A stretch of DNA of 64,000 bases from Gloeobacterales cyanobacterium (lineage in GTDB: Bacteria > Cyanobacteriota > Cyanobacteriia > Gloeobacterales > PMM-0068), in NCBI GenBank assembly GCA_038245785.1, contig JBBRSB010000005.1, positions 32,001 to 96,000 on the forward strand, given 5' to 3'. The notes beneath the pieces are model-generated. The model was not told the origin of the DNA, did not search any database, and saw nothing but the letters and a program-made list of their open reading frames with translations. A program made the translations under genes and the position numbers. How positions within the stretch are numbered: position 1 is the first letter of the stretch; each line of letters starts with the position of its first letter. Positions 59,219-64,000 of the stretch are shown here, piece by piece.

Positions 59219-59536
59219 TTAAAGCTTTTCTAGTTTTGATTGAACACTGATCACTTTATCTTCCATCGTCTGTTCTCGGTCCGTTCGCGTTCCTGCATTT
59301 ATTGTCGTGAAAATTCTGGGAGCACCCATTGTATGAATCACTTCATGGCATCTTTTAATCGCATCAAAAACAGTATCCCATTCTCCTTCAACATTGGTGC
59401 CATTAGCATGGAGCTGATAGGTAAGCCCACATTCTTCTAAGACTTTCTCACAGGCGGCTACATACTCAGAGAGAGATAGGCCAACACCAATCGGGACAAC
59501 TGTGAAATCAATAATTACTTTCATCTTAGTTACCAA
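59219..59536 (-). CDS. MTH1187/YkoF-like thiamine-binding protein
   Basis: VVPIGVGLSLSEYVA...HANGTNVEGEWD...GTRTDR. Confidence 0.92.
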   Translation of the reverse strand: MVTKMKVIIDFTVVPIGVGLSLSEYVAACEKVLEECGLTYQLHANGTNVEGEWDTVFDAIKRCHEVIHTMGAPRIFTTINAGTRTDREQTMEDKVISVQSKLEKL

Positions 59537-60817
59537 TTAAAACCAATGCTTACGGCTACCCTGAGCCACTGCTTGAACTATCCCTAAAGCAACAAAGTTA
59601 GTAAGCAAAGCGGAACGTCCGAAACTTACAAAAGGAAGAGGGATTCCAGTTACAGGAGCCATGCCAATATTCATACCAATATTGATAATGGTTTGGAACA
59701 AGAGCATGGCAAAAACGCCAACGACGAGGAGAGAACCAAAATCATCACGGGCATCATTAGCAATCAGAATCAGACGCCAGAAGAGCGTAAAGAAACAGCC
59801 CAACAGGACTAGACAGCCCAGAAATCCTGTTTCTTCGCCAAGGGCCGAGAAGATAAAGTCTGTATGCTGTTCAGGAATAAAGTTAAGTTGCGTTTGCGTC
59901 CCGGCAAATAAACCACGGCCCCAGAATTGACCGGAACCGACAGCAATTTGAGATTGAAGAATATGATAGCCGGAGCCTAAGGGGTCTTGATTCGGGTCTA
60001 AAAAGATAGTTAAACGCTTCTGCTGGTAGGGTTTGAGCACATTCCAAAACTTTTGCCCCAGACCGCCAGAAATTAAATTGACCACTACCGTAGTGAGCAT
60101 CCCAATCGGTTGCCACATCGAGGATTTGGACAGCGTCCACCAAGCGAGGACCCCTATCCCCGCACACCAGATCATCCAGGCAGGGACCCACAGAGCAAAC
60201 AAAATGGCTGCCACGAGCGGGGAAGTTAGCATAATCAGCCAGGGGAGGCGAGCGCCGCCCCAATAAAGCATGGCTAAAGAGACCGCACCAAAGACGAGAG
60301 AACTTCCCAAATCTGGTTGTTTGAAGATCAGAAGGGCAGGAACAGCTACCACCGCCAGGGCCATCCAAACGCGAACAAAACTAGTAATCGGAAAACGACG
60401 AATAAAGGCAGCTAAGACAATGATGATCCCCAGCTTGGCAAACTCAGAAGGCTGAATACTCACTCCGCCAATTTCTATCCATCGTTGGGCTCCAAGAGCC
60501 TCACGGCCCAAGAACATGACAGCGAGCAGACTGGCATTCACCAAAGCGTAGATCAGCCAACTCCCGCTCTGGAGCCATTGATAAGGGAAACGCGATAGGC
60601 CCAACATAATGCCTATACCGATGATCCCCATGCTCAGTTGACCACGAAAGTCCCCTTGGCTAGGGTCTGTACTGTAGATAGCAATACAGCCGAACCCCAG
60701 CAAAACTAAAGGCATTAAAAGAACGAGGAAATCGAATTCACGCCAGTTCCTGAGCCAGCTTTGTTCAAATCCCAAAGGACGTAGGATATCCACCACAGGT
60801 TTTCCAGTCCTCTCCAT
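59537..60817 (-). CDS. rodA: Rod shape-determining SEDS protein RodA
   Basis: GAQRWI, QPSEFAK, QPDLG, PEQHTDFIF, PVTGIPLPF. Confidence 0.95.
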   Translation of the reverse strand: MERTGKPVVDILRPLGFEQSWLRNWREFDFLVLLMPLVLLGFGCIAIYSTDPSQGDFRGQLSMGIIGIGIMLGLSRFPYQWLQSGSWLIYALVNASLLAVMFLGREALGAQRWIEIGGVSIQPSEFAKLGIIIVLAAFIRRFPITSFVRVWMALAVVAVPALLIFKQPDLGSSLVFGAVSLAMLYWGGARLPWLIMLTSPLVAAILFALWVPAWMIWCAGIGVLAWWTLSKSSMWQPIGMLTTVVVNLISGGLGQKFWNVLKPYQQKRLTIFLDPNQDPLGSGYHILQSQIAVGSGQFWGRGLFAGTQTQLNFIPEQHTDFIFSALGEETGFLGCLVLLGCFFTLFWRLILIANDARDDFGSLLVVGVFAMLLFQTIINIGMNIGMAPVTGIPLPFVSFGRSALLTNFVALGIVQAVAQGSRKHWF

Positions 60818-60929
60818 TCAGTTTCCGGCGACCTTAATGTACCCAATGTAGCAGTCTATTCCCACAAATATAGGGGGGCTTAATTATGACCAAAGGACCC
60901 CCTGATCATGTATACGTGGTGATAGGAAA

Positions 60930-61868
60930 CTAAGGCTGTTGGGCCGCTGCTTTCACCTTTTGGGATTCCACATTTAAGAAGATTGTAGATTTATCTCCTT
61001 CTACACGGATAACGTTCAGAGGGCTCTCTTTTCCAGCTTCTTTGGCCTCAGTGATCCGGTCCTGTAATCGCTCATAAAAAAGCAGATCGGCCAACTGGGC
61101 GTTTTTGGCTGCAGCCTGTCCCTGCAATTCAATTGCTTTTTGGTTAGCCTGTGACAGGATCAGTCGGCGGGTGGTCTCCTTCTCTTGAATTTGAGCTTTT
61201 ACTCCAGCCGTTTGAGCGGTAATTGAAGCCACTTGTTTCTGCTCCAGAGAATCCTTCAGACCTTCAGGAAATTGTGGCGTTCCTAGAAATATCCCTTCAA
61301 TCAATACAAGGGGAACCGCCTGCCCGTTCAGATTGGTTTTAGCCATATCCTGGTTCATCACGTTTTTCATTTGTCCTTCCATCAGGCCCCTTTTGGCTTT
61401 GATATAGTACGCTTCTGAACCAAAGCCAGCGGAAACATCCCGCACTTTCGAGCGGACCAAAGGCACCACCACTGTTTCCATATAGCGGATACCTACTTTG
61501 CTGTGCAGAACATCCAAAACCGCTGGGTTTGGCTTGAGCGCTACAAACACATCCACCTTGAAAGCCTGCCCATCGGCTGTATTTACTCCAATCGCACCCC
61601 CACCTCTGTTTGGAGCATCTTCAACATCGGTGAACTGCCATACCCTGGTCCGAATATTGTAGGTAATCGGGTTTTCTACGCCGGGTGTGATCCAGGTAAC
61701 TCCTGGCTTTTCAACGCGTCCTGCCTGAATGCCTGTGAAGTTATTGAATATGACCGTGGCATTGCCAGGTTCTGTGACATAGGTAAAGGGCCTCCACAAA
61801 AGGAGCAAAACAGCGGCGACCAGTATTCCTACAGGGAGCCACGCTTGTGTTTCTTGATTCAGCTTCAT
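60930..61868 (-). CDS. SPFH/prohibitin-family protein
   Basis: N-terminal TM helix, TADGQ, VRSKVRD, coiled-coil tail. Confidence 0.85.
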   Translation of the reverse strand: MKLNQETQAWLPVGILVAAVLLLLWRPFTYVTEPGNATVIFNNFTGIQAGRVEKPGVTWITPGVENPITYNIRTRVWQFTDVEDAPNRGGGAIGVNTADGQAFKVDVFVALKPNPAVLDVLHSKVGIRYMETVVVPLVRSKVRDVSAGFGSEAYYIKAKRGLMEGQMKNVMNQDMAKTNLNGQAVPLVLIEGIFLGTPQFPEGLKDSLEQKQVASITAQTAGVKAQIQEKETTRRLILSQANQKAIELQGQAAAKNAQLADLLFYERLQDRITEAKEAGKESPLNVIRVEGDKSTIFLNVESQKVKAAAQQP

Positions 61869-61909
61869 GAGTCGGTCCTCAAGGTTCGCAAACCTGATGT
61901 GAATAATGA

Positions 61910-62710
61910 TTACTTCGTGACAAGCGTTTCGAGGGTACTCCCCAAGACACCAGATTTGACGACCCGTAAATATTCTGGATTTTGCTTGAGGGCATTGGCT
62001 TTGGCACTAAGGCTGCCTGCTTCTGCTTGAGCCTGAGAGATAACCGTTCTGGCGTCTTGACGGGCTTGGTCTATTTCAAAGACTTTTTTAGACAATTGGT
62101 TCTCAGCAATCGTCTTAGCTTCAATAGAAGATACAAAGTCCTTATTGAATTCCACATCTCTCAGCAAAAGTTCCTGCACCGTGATGCCATACTGGCCCAG
62201 GTCTTGAGCAATACGCTCCCGAATTTGGGCTTGTAGGGCAGGGCGCTTCGTAGAATAGACATCCTGGGCAGAAAATCCTGCTGTTTCCGTAGAGATGACT
62301 GAACGAACAATCGGGGCAATCCGGTCGATATAGTCAGTACCTAAGGTGGTGTACACCTTAGGTGGGTCTGAAACTACAAAGTTGAGGGTTACCTCCGCTC
62401 CAATTTCTTGGCCGTCTCGGGTAAGTGCCGTGATTTTAGAGCCGTAAACATCTACGGTTTGCTCTTTAGCCGTTCCTCTCCACGTCAAAGCTTGGGTTTT
62501 GACATCGAAGGGAATGGTCTCTGTAAAGATAGGAACAACCAGATGAAATCCAGGCTCTAAGGGAGTAGGTTGCACTCCACCCAGCCAAGAGAAGACAACT
62601 AGATTTTCTCCGTTACCGACAAAGCGAGTGGGATTACTCACAGAAACGATTAATACGATAAGAGCTGCGATAGCGGCTTGAGGAGCCCAACGAGGTAAAT
62701 CTGTTTGCAT
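61910..62710 (-). CDS. SPFH/prohibitin-family protein
   Basis: LEPGFHLVVP, ALTRDGQ, LLLRDVEF...IEAK. Confidence 0.9.
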   Translation of the reverse strand: MQTDLPRWAPQAAIAALIVLIVSVSNPTRFVGNGENLVVFSWLGGVQPTPLEPGFHLVVPIFTETIPFDVKTQALTWRGTAKEQTVDVYGSKITALTRDGQEIGAEVTLNFVVSDPPKVYTTLGTDYIDRIAPIVRSVISTETAGFSAQDVYSTKRPALQAQIRERIAQDLGQYGITVQELLLRDVEFNKDFVSSIEAKTIAENQLSKKVFEIDQARQDARTVISQAQAEAGSLSAKANALKQNPEYLRVVKSGVLGSTLETLVTK

Positions 62711-63017
62711 AGCTCTAACCTATCCACTTATATATTCTTCTAATCTAGTCAAAACTTATATTGCCCTGCATGAGCTTCTGAATCAGCAGTGTTACAATTA
62801 AGTCAAATCGCCGGGCCAAATACGGACAAAGTACTCGGCATAGTAATACAACCCAGAGAGTCTAGCTCTAGGAAAGAACGGGTGAAAATACCCAGAGCTC
62901 TCTCTAAAACAAGAGCTTGGACCATGCCTCTCAAAGCGGCCAAGCAAATGCACTCAACTGACACGTTTAGGTGACCTTACACGGATGGATAAAAACGGTT
63001 TGCAGAAAAACATCCCC

Positions 63018-64000
63018 ATGTCTAGTGGAAATGACGCGAATGGAGCACTAGGCTCCGGTACATTTTCTCTAAAAGCGCTGCAAGAAAGCTCTAGCGAGCC
63101 TGTTTTCCTGCGGGGAGCCCGTTATTTTCTCCGGAATCGAGTCTCTGGCTACAAAGAATTAGATAACCAGCATGTTGAAGCACAGGTAGAGGGCTCAGGG
63201 GAGGACCCCTACACCCTAAGTATCGAGTTTTCCTCGCTACAGAGCTTTGTCAGCAACTGTAGCTGTCCTTATTTTGAGGATGTTTGTAAGCATGCTGTTG
63301 CGGTCGTTCTTACCTATATCCAGCGGCGAGACCGGAATCTGCGCAATACGATCAAGCAGATTTTGGAAGAAAGGCCAAGAGAACCGAGGCAGACTTTCTC
63401 TGAAGTTAAAGTAGAGGATTTTCTCAATGCGAAAGGGCTTACCCTTCCTGAAGAGATCCCCTTTACCTTGGGCATGCTGATTTTGCCTAAACCCTTGGCG
63501 CTGATTTTGGGGATGCTTCCCACTTCGCCGTCGGGAAAAGTTACCATTCTCAAGATTCCTGAGCCTGTAGTCTCTACCTTGCCCGAAGGTTCTCCTTTGA
63601 GATCTTTGGCTAATTACCTATTACGGGTGCCCCAGACCACAAGTGGTCCTGCTGGAGGTCATCGTGTTCCGCTCGGGGATGAGGGGATTGTGCTTGACTT
63701 TGTGCGTTATGCGGCCAATCTGGTCAACGTACAGACAGGCGCGCCGATCACCTTCTCTGACCAACGCCCTAAAGTTCATGTTGAGCTGGCTGAACAAGAA
63801 GAGGGAGCCCTGAGTTTGACGCTAATGGCAACCCTAGGCGAACGGACCTTGAAAGACCCGATGTTTGTCTTCGGTTCACCCTCTTGGGCTCTAGAAAACA
63901 ACGTGTTCTATAAACTCAGTGACGAAGCAGAACCGCCTGGTTCCCTGATGCGCATGCTTCAATCCGATGGAAAAGCGATCATCAAAGCCGACCAAGTGCC
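63018..64000 (+). CDS. SWIM zinc-finger protein, probably the N-terminus of an SNF2 helicase; runs off the window
   Basis: Missing from the ORF track. Reads MSSGND...RGARYF...VEGS...CSCPYFEDVCKHAVAV (SWIM CxC...CxH); alternative start at 62985. Confidence 0.8.
   Translation, partial: MSSGNDANGALGSGTFSLKALQESSSEPVFLRGARYFLRNRVSGYKELDNQHVEAQVEGSGEDPYTLSIEFSSLQSFVSNCSCPYFEDVCKHAVAVVLTYIQRRDRNLRNTIKQILEERPREPRQTFSEVKVEDFLNAKGLTLPEEIPFTLGMLILPKPLALILGMLPTSPSGKVTILKIPEPVVSTLPEGSPLRSLANYLLRVPQTTSGPAGGHRVPLGDEGIVLDFVRYAANLVNVQTGAPITFSDQRPKVHVELAEQEEGALSLTLMATLGERTLKDPMFVFGSPSWALENNVFYKLSDEAEPPGSLMRMLQSDGKAIIKADQV

Noticed and set aside
1..64000. tRNA, rRNA or riboswitch genes
   Set aside because: None recognised by eye; tRNAscan-SE and Infernal would be needed to exclude them

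Overview
Cyanobacterial chromosomal DNA. I spotted only two HIP1 octamers (GCGATCGC) by eye and the proteins are divergent, which would fit an early-branching lineage such as Gloeobacterales; this is an inference. The core genes are: the Hmp/PilGHIJL chemotaxis-like pilus-control cluster with divergent hmpF, an ArnT-like glycosyltransferase, rpsT, lipB, a NIL-ferredoxin, a CBS-domain tRNA nucleotidyltransferase, a radical-SAM fusion, a multicopper oxidase/lipoprotein/FTR1 iron-uptake operon, a four-gene minor-pilin cluster led by an 841-aa PilX/ComZ-like protein, a MarR-RND efflux locus, lpxD, rbcR, glmU, crtO, rodA, an SPFH pair and a truncated SWIM protein. An accessory region at about 16.6-31.2 kb is crowded with intact and decayed toxin-antitoxin modules, pseudogenes and an IS3 element. 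The most notable signal is integron-type gene cassettes in that region with no integrase in the window: one canonical and one degenerate attC site. The cassette 5' ends sit in a repeated attI-like simple-site motif rather than in an upstream attC. All calls come from reading the sequence and recalling family motifs; no searches were run.
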